Source: Parvularia atlantis (Eukaryota). Taken from it: a stretch of 42,676 nt of DNA. Shown in pieces: positions 31,574-42,676 of the stretch. Each line of letters opens with the position of its first letter. Position 1 is the first letter of the stretch. The DNA is taken from contig CALSCO010001722.1 of NCBI GenBank assembly GCA_943704415.1, forward strand, positions 1-42,676. The letters run 5' to 3'. Under the pieces are notes generated by a model. It was not told where the DNA came from, ran no database searches, and was given only the letters and a program-made list of their open reading frames with translations. A program made the translations under genes and the position numbers.

Positions 31574-32750
31574 ATGGCCGCGATGGTAGCGCGTTCATCC
31601 AGCACTCTGCTCGCGCGCACGCCGCTCACGCCGCTCACGCCGCTGCACGGCCGCTGGGCAGGACGCGGACAACGCGCTCAAGACGTTCGAGATGGCTAAC
31701 AACATCCGCGCGACGGCCGACCCGTCACTGAGCGTGGCGCAGCTGCAGCGCGACATCGAGGCGACCGATGGTGACGCGATGTGCGCGCATCGCCGCTCGC
31801 CGCTGACACGCCCGGGGCCCCGGCCGCAGCCGTGTACAAGTATGACGACAGCGAGCTGCAGAAGGTACTCAACCAGAAGCCGTGGACGAAGGAGTGCGTG
31901 GGCGCAGCGCCGGCATCGTCCCCTAGCTCACGCGCGTGCCTCCCCGATCGAGCGCAGCCCGCACCACTTCCAGCACATCCGCATCTCGGCCGTGGCGCTC
32001 GTCAAGATGGTGCGGCATCGCGCGCATGTGCTGCGCCGCGTCCGCCCACCGGCCGCGCCCAGGTCATGCACGCGCGCTCGGGCGGCAACATCGAGGTGAT
32101 GGGCATGGTCCAGGGCAAGGTGCATGACCGGACGATGATCGTCATGGACGTGTTTGCGCTGCCGGTCGAGGGCACAGAGACGCGCGTCAACGCGCAGGCG
32201 CAGGCGTACGAGTACATGGTGCAGTACAACCTGCTCATCCGGCAGGTCTGTCCTTCTGCGGCACGCACGGCTCGCGCTGACCCTCTGCGCAACGGGAAGG
32301 TTGGGCGGCTCGAGAACGCGATCGGCTGGTACCACAGCCACCCGGGCTACGGCTGCTGGCTGTCGGGCATCGACGTGTCAACGCAGATGCAGCAGCAGCA
32401 ATTCCAGGACCCGTTTGTGGCCATCGTCGTGCGTGGGCCGTCTCGCGCGCCCCGCGCCACCGCCGCCGCCGCTCACGAGCGGCACAGGTCGACCCGACGC
32501 GGACCATCTCGGCCGGCAAGGTCGATATCGGCGCGTTTCGGACGTACCCAAAGGCGCGCGGCGCTCGTTTGCCGCGGCCCGTCCTTCGCGCTGACCGTGC
32601 ATGGCGCGCGCGCCCGCAGGACTACAAGGCGCCCGACGAGGGGCCGCAGGAGTACCAGTCGATCCCGCTCAACAAGATCGAGGACTTTGGCGTGCACGCA
32701 AAGTCGTGCGTGGCGTGGCGTGGCGGGCCGGGCGCGCGCCGTGGCGTGCC

Positions 32751-32781
<31 letters not shown>

Positions 32782-33319
32782 CGGCTCGCAGGTACTACCC
32801 GCTCGAGATCTCGTACTTCAAGTCGTCGCTGGACCACAAGCTGCTGTCGCTGCTGTGGAGCAAGTACTGGGTCAACACGCTCTCGTCGAACGCGTGGCTG
32901 GCGGTGCGTGCGCGGTGCATGCGGGCGGCGCGACTGAGACAAGCGCGCGCGCACGGGGTGGCCAGAACCGCGACTTTATCGCCAACCAGGTGCTCGACCT
33001 GAGTATGAAGCTGCAGCAGGCCGAGCTGCAGCTGAGCCAGAGCGCCAAGACGCTGGGCTTCGTGTCGACGTCGGACAGGAAGAAGGACGAGTCGCAGCTG
33101 TCCAAGATCGCGCGCGACAGGTGCGGCGCGGCGCTGGCTCATGGAGCGCCTGAGCCCGTCGCAACGCCCGCTCGCGCGCACAGCTCAAAGATCACGGGCG
33201 AGGCCGTGCACGCGATGATGGGCCAGGTGCTGAAGGACTTCCTGTTCAACCACGCCGGGCACGGGCACGACCACGCGTACGGCGGGGCCGCCGCGGGCGA
33301 CGAGGCAATGATGCACTGA
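31574..33319 (+). CDS. CSN5: COP9 signalosome subunit 5 (JAMM metalloprotease)
   Basis: [95 protein letters not shown]. Confidence 0.97.
32754..32780 (+). repeat. (GT)n microsatellite in a CSN5 intron
   Basis: Read directly. Confidence 0.95.
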
Positions 33320-33533
33320 GCGCCGCGTGCCTGTGACGGCTGTACATGGCATATCGGACGCCGTGGCGCGGGGGGCATGCAGAGTGCGCAGGAGACACGA
33401 CACCGTCACAGACACAACAAGGGAAACCCACGGGGAGGGGGAAGGGTCGGCACAACTATGAGAGAACGCGGCGCTCGCGCTCGCAGGGTGACAGAGGAGG
33501 AGACAGAAGGGCAGGCACGGGCGCGCCGCGTCG

Positions 33534-34273
33534 CTAGAACTCGGAGCCCTCGGCCGGCTGCTGCAGCTTCTTGTTGGCCGGGTTGGCCATCTCTCTGTTG
33601 GGGGGTGCGCGGTGAGCGAGCGAGCGCGGACGTGCGGCGAGCGCGCACCTTCTGATCTCGGCCAGGACCGTCTCGAGCGTGTAGTTGCGCTTCCAGTTGG
33701 ACAGCACGTTGAGCCTGCTCGGCTCGACCTGCGCGCGCGACAAGATGGTTGGCGCCTGCCGGCTGCGCCTTGTGCGCGCGCGCACCCTGCCGTTGGCCGG
33801 GTTCACGCACGGCAGGTTGACGCGCGAGACGAAGAACACGACCGGCGGCTTGTCCGGGTACGCCTCGTCGCAGGTCATGCGCAGGGTGTAGATGCGGTTC
33901 TCGTGCGGGGTCTGTGTTTGCGCGCCGGTCGAGTCGTCACACCGCGTCGTCCGCGCGACACGGGCCGCCGCGCGCGCACGTTGAGCGGCCCGATGATCGT
34001 CCCGTTCCAGTCGCGCATCATGATGTCGTCGCCGTTGCTCAGGCCGTAGCTGATCGTGCCGTCGCCGATGCCCTTCTCGCCCTTCTCGAGCTCCTCCAGC
34101 AGCCGAAAGTTGCGCGGGACTGCGGCGTCGTACGCGCGCGCGTCATGCCCGCGCTCCGCTCCACCAACCGCATCGTCACGTCGCCGCGCCTCCGCCCCGC
34201 GCCACCCACGACGCGGCGCCTGCCCCGCCCCATACGACGCGCGCGGACAAGCCGCACCTGTTGTCGACGCCAT
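33534..34273 (-). CDS. MMS2: Ubiquitin-conjugating enzyme variant UEV1/MMS2
   Basis: [27 protein letters not shown]...[41 protein letters not shown]. Confidence 0.96.
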
Positions 34274-34305
34274 GGCTGCTGCGTTGCTGGGACCGCTTTG
34301 CGCAA

Positions 34306-35386
34306 ATGCCTGCGAAGGACGCGGCTCAGGAAGCGCACCGCATCCACGCGTTCCGCGCGCTGTCCGGCCGCCCGTGCGAGACCGATGCGCTCGCGCTGCT
34401 GCACCGACTGGCCGCGCACGTGCGTGCTGCTGCTGTCTGCCTCATGCGCCCTGACGCGTGCGCGTGTCGCGCGCCAGGCACACCCGATCATGCGAAAGAA
34501 GCAGTGGCGCGTTGAGCGCCTCGAGGAGTTCTCGCCGCCCAACGCGGGCCTGCTGGTGCGCGCGCGTGCTCACCCGCTGCTCGCTGAACGTGCGGCGTGC
34601 GGCCAGGGCATGAATCACAACAGTGGCGAGCTCATTCAGATCCGCCTGCGCCCGGCCGGCAACGACGGCGCGTTCCTGCCCTGGGAGGAGCTCATGGGCA
34701 CGCTCCTGCACGAGCTCGTGCACATCGGTGACCGGCTCGCAGCCGCCCCGCCGACGGCGGCGGCTGATCGTGCGCGCCGCACGACTCGCAGAGCGCGGGC
34801 CGCACGACGCCACCTTCTACCGCATGCTCGACGAGCTCTGGGACGAATACGAGCGCAACGTCGACTCTGGCAAGATCGATGCCGACGCCACGGCCACCTT
34901 CACGGGCCCCGGCCGCGCCGTCGGTGGCAAGGGCAAGCGCGCGGCGCCGCCCAAGGTGCTCGCGGCTGCCGCGGCACGGGCGCGGCAGCGGCGCGCGGCG
35001 CTCGGGCTGCACGGCGCACACCGGCTAGGTGCCTGCCGCGCGTGGCGAAGTGGGCCGCGCCGAGCTGACCGCACACGCTGCCAGGCGGGCTCGGGCGACC
35101 AGCGGCGGGCAAGACGCCGGGCGAGATGGCGGCCGAGGCGGCCGAGCGGCGACGGCGCGACGCGATCGCCTGCGGCAACGTCGACCACGCGGGCCAGGCC
35201 CCGGGCAGGCCCACAGCGCCGACGGCGGCAGAGGCCCCTGCCGAGGCCCCTGCCGCCGACGACGCGCGCAAGCGTGCGCGGCTCGACCCGCCCGCCGCGG
35301 CCGGGTGGGCGTGCGCCGCGTGCACGTTCATCAACGAACAGATGTGGCTGCAGTGCGACGTGTGCGGGACCGCGCGCAAGCTGTAA
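34306..35386 (+). CDS. WSS1: WSS1/WLM metalloprotease with C-terminal RanBP2-type zinc finger
   Basis: [39 protein letters not shown] (HExxH), GPHDATFY, and W.C..CTFIN......CDVC. Confidence 0.92.
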
Positions 35387-35412
35387 AGCACTCGTGTACC
35401 ACCAGACACTCC

Positions 35413-36856
35413 TCAGTCTGTGTCCATGCGCGCCTGGCCCGCACCGCCGCCGCTGCCGCCCGCCGCGCGACGCCGCTCGGCCTGCTGGCGGATGGCCTGC
35501 AAAAACGCCTCGACGCCTGCGCCCGTGGGCCACTGTCAGCCGACGCGCCAAGCACGACCGGCGCGCCGCCGCACCGCCGAGCGGGCCGCCTACGGCCGGG
35601 TCGAGGCCGAGCTGCGCGATGAGCGGGCCGAGCTGGCCCGACTGCAGCGAGTGGTTGAGGCTGGCGACGGCCTGTGCGGTGCTGTGCGTCAGCCCGACGA
35701 CAGCAAGGCCACGCACGCGCGCACCTGGCGGAAGGGCGGTGAGCGGATGATGTCCTCGAGCTCCGCGCGCGAGCGCTCGGCCTTCTCGGGCAGGAACGGG
35801 AAGAGGCGCTGCTGCACCGCCGGGTCCTCCAGCAGCGGGCCGACGTTCTCGGGCGTGAGGATGCGCGTGAGGTCGGCATCTGTCGGTGCGGTGGTCAGCA
35901 CGGCGAGCGAGCGAGCGAGCGCGTGCGGCAGCCACGCACCCTGCATCTGCGACCGCTGTGCTGTGTGCACAAGCGAGCGACATCAGTCTGCGTCGTGCGC
36001 ACACAAGCGCGTGCGCGGCTGCCAACGCACCCGGCACCTGGATGTTGGCGAGCACGCTCTGCAGCAGGCTGTTCAGCTCGGTCGCCTGCGTGCCGGGGGC
36101 ACCGGCAGGCGCGGGCGCGGCTTGCGGGGCCGCGGGTTGCGGAGCAGCGGCCGGGGCAGGCGCAGACGCGGCGGGCGCAGCAACGGCGGGCGGCGCAGCC
36201 TGCTGGCCACCGCGCACACGGCCGCCACTATTGGCGAGCAACTGGCCGAACGGATTGCCGCCGCCGCCGCCGCCGCCGACGCGCGGCGGGTTGTTCATGT
36301 TCTGGTTGATCTTGGTCAGGTACTCGTCGTCCTTGTCGGCCTTGGGCTCCTGCATCCAGAAGAAGAGCTTGCGCGAGGACGAGCCAAAGTGCAGCATGAA
36401 GACGCGGCCGGTCGTGGCCTGCGGTACGCGCTTGAACTCGGCGTCCTGCGGGAAGACGATGAGGTCCTGCGCAAGCGCACGTCAGCCTCCGACGGCGCGG
36501 TGTGGCGTGCGCCGCGCCTCCTCGACCGCGTTGGTCGTGCGGTCCTTCCACATGAAGTGCACTAGGCCGTCCTCCATCTGCACGCGCCGCGCCATCAGCC
36601 CGCGCGGCCCGTCACGCAGCCCGCGCCCGCGCACCACGTCGAGAACGACAAGGCCCTTGCGCGGGTCGGCGCGGACCCACGTGTCGGCGTAGGTCATGCG
36701 GCCGGCGCGGAACTGCACGAGCGGCTTGCGGCCGCCACCACCGCCGCCGCCGCCGCCGCCCTGTTCCGACGGGAAGAGCGACGCTGCGGGGCGCGGCTCG
36801 AACGGTGAGCGGCGTCCGAGCTGCTGACGCTCGCCGCACGTACTGGGCACCGACAT
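35413..36856 (-). CDS. RPN13: Proteasomal ubiquitin receptor RPN13/ADRM1
   Basis: Pru domain [49 protein letters not shown]-terminal domain RLFPFLP...[22 protein letters not shown]. Confidence 0.95.
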
Positions 36857-36882
36857 CGTTCGAAACGCAAATTGCGCACGGA

Positions 36883-38500
36883 TTATATGTACCGGTTCGT
36901 GTACACTTTCACAGCGCCGTCGCCCGAGGACGGCCCCGCCCGCCCGGGCGCCGCCGTGGACGAGCGCGCGTGCTTGAGCAGGAGCGCGTCGCGCTGCTTC
37001 ACGTCTGGCGCCAGGTCGGCCAGGAAAGGGGCGATCTCGTCCAGCGTCCAGCGCGCCTGCTCCGCAAACAGCCGCTCGAAGCGATCGCGCGGGTCGGTCG
37101 GCAGCGCCGTGCGCGGGAAGTAGCGCAGGTACTCGACGCCGATCGGCGTCGTGCTCTTGAGCACAAAGCCCTGCACGCGGCCGTCAGTGCTGGGCGACGG
37201 CACAAGCCGCTTTGCGCACGTTGAGCATCTCCTGCCGCGGCGGGCGCATGTCCTCGGGCACGAGCTCGGTCCAGGCCGTCATGAACTCGCTCAGCGGCAG
37301 CGATTGCTGTCGCGACGCGGCCGTGAGCCACCCGAGCAGCGAGCGCATCGCAGCGGTGCGCACCTTGTCGTTGACCTTCTTGAGCGACTGCAGCAGGTAC
37401 AGTCCGTAGAAGCGGCAGACCTTCTCGGGCGAAAGGCGCCACCACGCCTCTGCGCGCACACCGCATCAGGCACGCGGGCACGCACGCGCACGCCACACGC
37501 ACCACCCTGGTCGTCCGGCACCGGTGCGGCGTGCTCGGCCCACAGGCGCAGGCAGTGCCGCACGACCTGCGGCGGGTACGCCTCGACGTTCTGCATGCTA
37601 CGCACGATCCCGCTTCACACACGCGCGCGCGAGCACGTCAGCCGTGGCAGCCGATGCGTGCGTGCGCACCCGTCGGGGATCGCGCGGAAGCCCCAGTTGT
37701 GCCCCTCGCAGACGCTCTTGAGCGTGTCCATCAGCTGGCACATGTACTCGAACTTGAGCACGCGCCAATGTCCTGCGTGGGCCGCGTCAGGCCGCGTCAG
37801 ACCGGGGTCAGACCGCGCGCACCGTCGATCTCGAGCGCATCCCGCTCGGCCAGTGCCTGGCGCAGCTCGGCCTCGCTCGCCGACACCTCGCCCAGCAGGT
37901 CCGCGAGCGTGTACCGCCGCGGCCCCGGCTGCAGGGGCAGCGACATCTGCTGGCTCTGCGCGGCGCGGCGTGCGATCAGCGGTCACTCAGGCTGGCCGCG
38001 GCCGACGCACGTCCTGCTGCAGCGTCATGTCAAAGTCGTGCCGCGCGTCGCCCTCGTCGCCCGCGTACGGCGCCTCGCCCAGCAGCCGCACCAGCCGGTC
38101 CCACTTGGGCACGACGGCCGTGAGCTCGAGGTAGCCCTTGAGCCGCCCGCGCACGAACCACCGCCCCTCGGCGGCGGCCGCGTCCATCACGTCGCCGTCG
38201 CCGTGCGCCTCGGCCGAGTCGTGCCGGTGCAGCACGAGCAGCTGGTTGGAGATCTCAGCCTCCTTGATGACGTACGTGCGCGTGGGCGTGCACAGGTGCG
38301 CGTCGCCGTCGGGCGGCCCGCGCAGCACAACCCTGCGCGCGCGCGCGTGACACGCATCGGCCCCGCGCATCGCGCATCGCGCCTGCGCACCGCGGCCGCC
38401 CCTCGGCCAGCAGCTCGGCCAGGACGTGCTCGTCCAGCTCGAGCAGCGTGAGCGCGGGCAGATCCTCCGTGCGCGAGTCGTGCACGATCGAGGAAGCCAT
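36883..38500 (-). CDS. DCC1: Sister chromatid cohesion protein DCC1 (start 38500 or 38530)
   Basis: LLELD, LRGPPDGDAHLCTPTRTYVIKEAEISNQLL, YLEL, QASEAEL, LPTDPRDRFERLF....WTLDEIAPFL...LLKHAR match the DCC1 family. Confidence 0.92.
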
Positions 38501-38541
38501 CGGGATGCGCGCGAAAAAGTGGCGCCACATTCAAGCTCACC

Positions 38542-39207
38542 ATGCAGAAGCCCTTCCTGCGCGCGTGGATGGTCGCGGTGGGTGCACAGCGGCGGCGGCG
38601 GCGGCGGCGGCGGCGGCCCGCGATCGCGTCTGACGCCGCGGGCGGCCGCAGGTCGCGCTCGCGCGCGTCTCGGGCATGTACCTCATGTGGTTCCAGCCCG
38701 AGTTCTACCGCAGCAGCATCTATGCGCTCGCGCCGGCCGAGGGTGCGCGCACCCCGATCGCCCGCGACCGCGCCCGCCTCACGCGCCCGCCAGCCACGGA
38801 CCTGATGCTGCGCCTGAGCGGCGTGTGGACGTCGATGTCGTTCACGCTGTGCCTGCTTTGCGCCTACGACGTGCGCAGTCCGAGTGCGTCGTGCGCACTC
38901 GGACGGGACGGGACGCACTGACGCGCCGCGCCCCTCCAGCGATCCGCCTGGCCACGCTCGCGTCGTTCCTCGGCGCGGCCGCGCACTTCACGACCGAGAT
39001 TGTCGTGTTCAAGACGGCGCTCGCGGTCAACACGTCGTCGACGCTGGCCTTTGCGGGTGCGCGCCTTGCCGCCCGCACCGCGCGACGACCGACCGCCCGC
39101 GCCCGCGCCCGCACCCGCGCCCGCTCGCAGTGCCTTCGATCATCTGGCTCGCCGCGGACCTGCTCAGCGACGCGCTCGCGCCCGCGCCCAAGTCGAAGAG
39201 CAAGTGA
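38542..39207 (+). CDS. ERG28: ERG28-family ER membrane protein
   Basis: FLRAWMVAV, TDLMLRLSGVWT, TLASFLGAAAHFTTEIVVFKT, PSIIWL and a C-terminal KSKSK ER-retention-like tail. Confidence 0.85.
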
Positions 39208-39240
39208 AGCGCGCGTGCCCTAGTTGCACTTTGATCGACA

Positions 39241-41180
39241 ATGCTGCGTCACGTGGTGCTCGTCGTCGCGGCGCTCTGCGTCGTCGCGGCGGGCGCCTCG
39301 CGCGTCTCGTACCGCGGCCGCAAGCTGGTGCGGCGCGCCCTGTGTGCGCACGTGCGTGCATGTGACGTGCTCGTGCGCGGGCCAGGTCGACTTTGCCTAC
39401 GTCGGCGACGCGGACGCGCTCGAGGCGCGCATCCCCACGCTCGACGTGTTCAAGGCGCGCGGCGGCCGCGTGCGCGCGTGCGTGCCGTGGACGCCTCCCC
39501 TCCCCGTCGGGCGCGTGTGCGCCGCGTCTCACGTGAGCGCGCGTGCAGGCTGGTCGACGCCGCCGCACTCGAGCAGCTCAAGGCGCACGGCGTCGAGGGC
39601 TTCAAGGTCGAGATCGGTGCGGCTGGGCAACGCGATCGCCCGCCCCGTGCTGCGCCTCACACACGGCAAGTGCGCAGAGGACATGCAGGCGCACATCAAC
39701 AGCCTCGCCGCGCCGCCCGGCGAGCAAGTGCCGTGGACGACTGTCGGCCGCGACTCGCCCTTCTTCGACACGTTCCGCACGTACGACGAGATCTCGGTCT
39801 ATGTCGACCAGCTTGTGGCCAACTACTCGCGCATCCTCACCAAGTTTGTCGCCGGCACGACGTACGAGGGTGCGTGAGCGGCTGGGCGGACGGCTGGGCT
39901 GAGCGACGCGGAAATATTGCCCCGCAGGCCGCACCATCTACGGCGTCAAGGTCTCGAATGGCGGCGCCAACAAGCCGACGGTGTACTTTGAGGCGCAGGG
40001 TGCGCGCGCGCGTGCGCACGTGCGCGGTGCCGTGCGGTTTGCGCAGTGGGCTGATCGAGCGCAGTGCACGCGCGCGAGTGGCTCGCCTCGCCGACGAACC
40101 TCTTCGCGCTCACGAGCCTGGTCGAGGACTTCACGGCCGGCTTGAGCGACGTCGTCCAGGCGCGCAGCCGCCCTGCGTGCGCACGCGCGGCGGCCAGCTG
40201 ACGGCGCACGGGTGGTGTGCAGCTCGTCAACGGCCTCGACTGGTACTTTGTGCCGATCGTCAACATCGACGGTGCGCGCGCGTACTGCCAGCCGCCGATC
40301 GACCGCCCGGCACGCTCACACGCACGCTCATGCGCAGGCTACATCTACACCTGGTCGAACGACCGCCTCTGGCGCAAGAACCGCCGCCAGAACGCGGGCG
40401 GCAGCTACGGCGTGGACATCAACCGCAATTGGTGCGCGTGCGCGCGCGCACGCCAACCTGGCAGGCCGTGGCGATAGCTCACGCACGCGCGCGCAGGGGC
40501 CCGGCCAATACGTGGTGCACGGCCGGCTCGAGCACCGTGCCCACGTCGGACACGTACTGCGGCACGGCGCCGTTCTCCGAGCCCGAGACGCGCTCGATGG
40601 GCAACTGGATCGACTCGCTGCCGGATCTGCGCGCGGCCGTGGACTTCCACACGTGCGTTGCTGTGCTGGGCGGCAGGCCAGGCCGACGCTGATGCGTATA
40701 TATGTGCGCGCGCGCAGGTATGGCCCGCTGCTGTTGCACCCGTTCCAGTACTCGTACAACCAGGCGCCCGAGCCGTACAACAGCGAGGTGATCCGCATTG
40801 GCCTCGAGGTGCGCGCGGCAACGAGCACGGGGCGCGTGCTGACGCGCCGCGCGCCCAGATGGAGCAGGCCATGCGCAGCGTCCACGGCACGCGCTTCGAC
40901 TCGATCCAGGGCAGCGACCTGTACCCGCACAGCGGCGGCCTGATCGACTACACGTACTTCACGGTGCGCGTGCTGCCGCTGGTGTGCGTGCGTAAAGCAC
41001 CCGACTGAGCGGCGGCGGGCACAGCGCGGCGCGTTTGCGTACACGATCGAGCTGCGCGGCAACAGCTTCGTTGTGCCCGCGAGCGACATCCGCCTGTCGG
41101 GCGAGGAGACGTACCCGGCCGTGCTCATCCTGGCCGAGAACGGCCTCAACAACAAGGTCTTCGCCGGCCGCCGTGCGTGA
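39241..41180 (+). CDS. Secreted M14A zinc carboxypeptidase with prodomain
   Basis: Signal peptide [71 protein letters not shown]. Confidence 0.93.
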
Positions 41181-41220
41181 GGGCGGAAGGGAGAGTGCAC
41201 TCAGTGTCAGTTGTGACGCA

Positions 41221-42027
41221 ATGCGTCTGTTCGTGCTCGGGCGCCGCGTCGCGCTCGCGCTGCTGCTACTGGGCGGCGCGGCGCTGCTCGTTCACCGCAC
41301 GGCGTGGGCGCCGGCGGACGGGGGCCGCGCGGGCACGGCCGTGGGTGCGGGCGGCAGCGGCAGCGATGAGGACGGGGCGCTGCGACGGACGTTCCAGTGG
41401 CGCGGGAGCGGCGCGGGCGAGCCCTCGGACACGGACGACGGCGCGGCCGGCACAGGCAGGCCGCGGGGCGGGCCTGGGCGCGGACCGGAGGGCGGCGCGG
41501 GCGGCGCCGAGCAGCACGACGCGCCGTGTCGCAACACGGTGCAGGGCGCGCGGCTCGTGACGGACGAGCGCGGGTTCACGTGCCGGCGCGAGCACCTGGA
41601 CGGGCAGGGCTGCTGCGACTTGGTCGCGAGCAACGTAACCGCGGCCACGCGCTTCGCCTGCGCCGGGTGCCTCGGCCAGAGCCTGTGCTGCTCCACGTAC
41701 GAGTACTGCGTCGCGTGCTGCCTGCACCCGGACGAGGTGCGCGCGCGCGCTGGCTGCGCGGTGCACGCTGACGCCCCGCCGCAGGTCGCCGCGCTCAAGA
41801 CGCGCCTGGCCGACGCGCGCTCGCTCCTGTTCTCGCTCGCGAGCGACCCGTTCGAGCTATGCCTGGCCAAGTGCCGCACGCACTCTGGCAGCGTCCTGCA
41901 CGAGAACATCTACCGCAGCAGCCGCTACAAGCACTGCGCGCGGCTGGACGCGCCGACCGACGCCGAGCTGGCCGTGCTCACGGCGGCCGCGTCGCCCTCG
42001 CCAGCGCCATCCGGCGCGCCGTTGTGA
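41221..42027 (+). CDS. SPRING1: SPRING1/C12orf49-like Cys-rich type II membrane protein
   Basis: CRNTVQG..LVTDERGFTC.R......GCC, CCSTYEYCVACCLHP, FELCLAKCRT.S.SVLHENIYR...KHC; one intron about 41737-41784. Confidence 0.88.
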   Translation: MRLFVLGRRVALALLLLGGAALLVHRTAWAPADGGRAGTAVGAGGSGSDEDGALRRTFQWRGSGAGEPSDTDDGAAGTGRPRGGPGRGPEGGAGGAEQHDAPCRNTVQGARLVTDERGFTCRREHLDGQGCCDLVASNVTAATRFACAGCLGQSLCCSTYEYCVACCLHPDEVRARAGCAVHADAPPQVAALKTRLADARSLLFSLASDPFELCLAKCRTHSGSVLHENIYRSSRYKHCARLDAPTDAELAVLTAAASPSPAPSGAPL

Positions 42028-42106
42028 CGCCGCCTGGCTGCCGCCTAACGCTGCCTGCCTTGCCCCTGTACGATGTTCTACAAGATTGCTGTGTGCCTGC
42101 ACGCTC

Positions 42107-42533
42107 TCACGCCGACGGCCGCCCCAGGAGCCGCGCGAGCAGCTTGCCCAGGCCCTCCTCGGCGCTCGCGGCCGCCCGCCCCGCCACTGTCCACGCGCTC
42201 GCCAGCACGCGCTGCAGCGGCGCGCCGGTCGCGAGCGCCGCCGTGACCTTGCCCAGCGCGTGCACGAAGCTCGTCGCGAGCTCCTGCTGCCGCTTGAGCG
42301 TGTGCGTCACGGCCTTGCGCCCTGCGCTTGGCGTGAGCCCACCCGCATGCACCGCTGCGTTGCGCACGCACACAGCTCGGCCTGCTCCAGCGTCGTGCGC
42401 GGCTTGCGCAGCGGCCGCCGCCGATCGGCCTGCCGCGGCTCGTCGCCGCTCGTGCTGCCGCTGCGCGCGAGGCCCACGTCAGCCGGCGAAGCTCGGGCGA
42501 ACGCGAGACAGAGCCGCACCTCTCCACGGCCAT
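42107..42533 (-). CDS. Small hypothetical protein (probably 3 exons)
   Basis: ATG at 42533 and two GT..CTGAC/CTCAC..CAG introns give a continuous frame MAVES...EQAEL..RKAVTHTLKRQQELATSFVHALGK...*. No family recognised. Confidence 0.45.
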
Positions 42534-42676
42534 CGTGTGAGGCGTCTGTGTGGATTATGATGCTGGCGGTTGAGTGCTCTGGTTGCCGCTACTGCCGCTA
42601 CCTTCAGCAGCCGCGGGCACCAGGGGGGCCAAGCTGTACCTGCATTCGCACGTGGATCATGGTTTTTTTTTTTTTT

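Noticed and set aside
38542..42027. ERG28 and SPRING1 as a sterol gene cluster
   Set aside because: Only two genes, separated by an unrelated peptidase; no further support.
42663..42676. Terminal poly-T run as a retroelement tail or telomere
   Set aside because: It lies at the window edge with no context; probably a homopolymer that ended the contig.

Overview
A GC-rich, very compact and intron-dense eukaryotic (protist-like) genomic window with about 17 housekeeping genes: RPL31, TMEM135, PAF1, PRP8, UXT-like prefoldin, RBM18-like, WDR18/IPI3, RPL35A, an STE/Cdc15-like kinase, CSN5, UEV1/MMS2, WSS1, RPN13, DCC1, ERG28, an M14 carboxypeptidase and SPRING1, plus one small hypothetical gene. 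Most introns are about 50-80 nt (GTGCG...CTGAC/CTCAC...CAG). The main result is the spliceosomal PRP8 gene (5456-24534, about 50 introns), which carries SIX in-frame, intron-free inteins. They total 8553 nt (2851 aa), more than the PRP8 extein itself. The inteins fall into two sequence families. Their LAGLIDADG homing endonucleases range from intact to decayed, and they carry extra modules (a C2H2 zinc finger and AP2-like repeats). PRP8 intron 2 also contains a well-formed H/ACA snoRNA. All calls come from reading the sequence and recalled family motifs. No searches were run, and exon boundaries and start codons are manual estimates.
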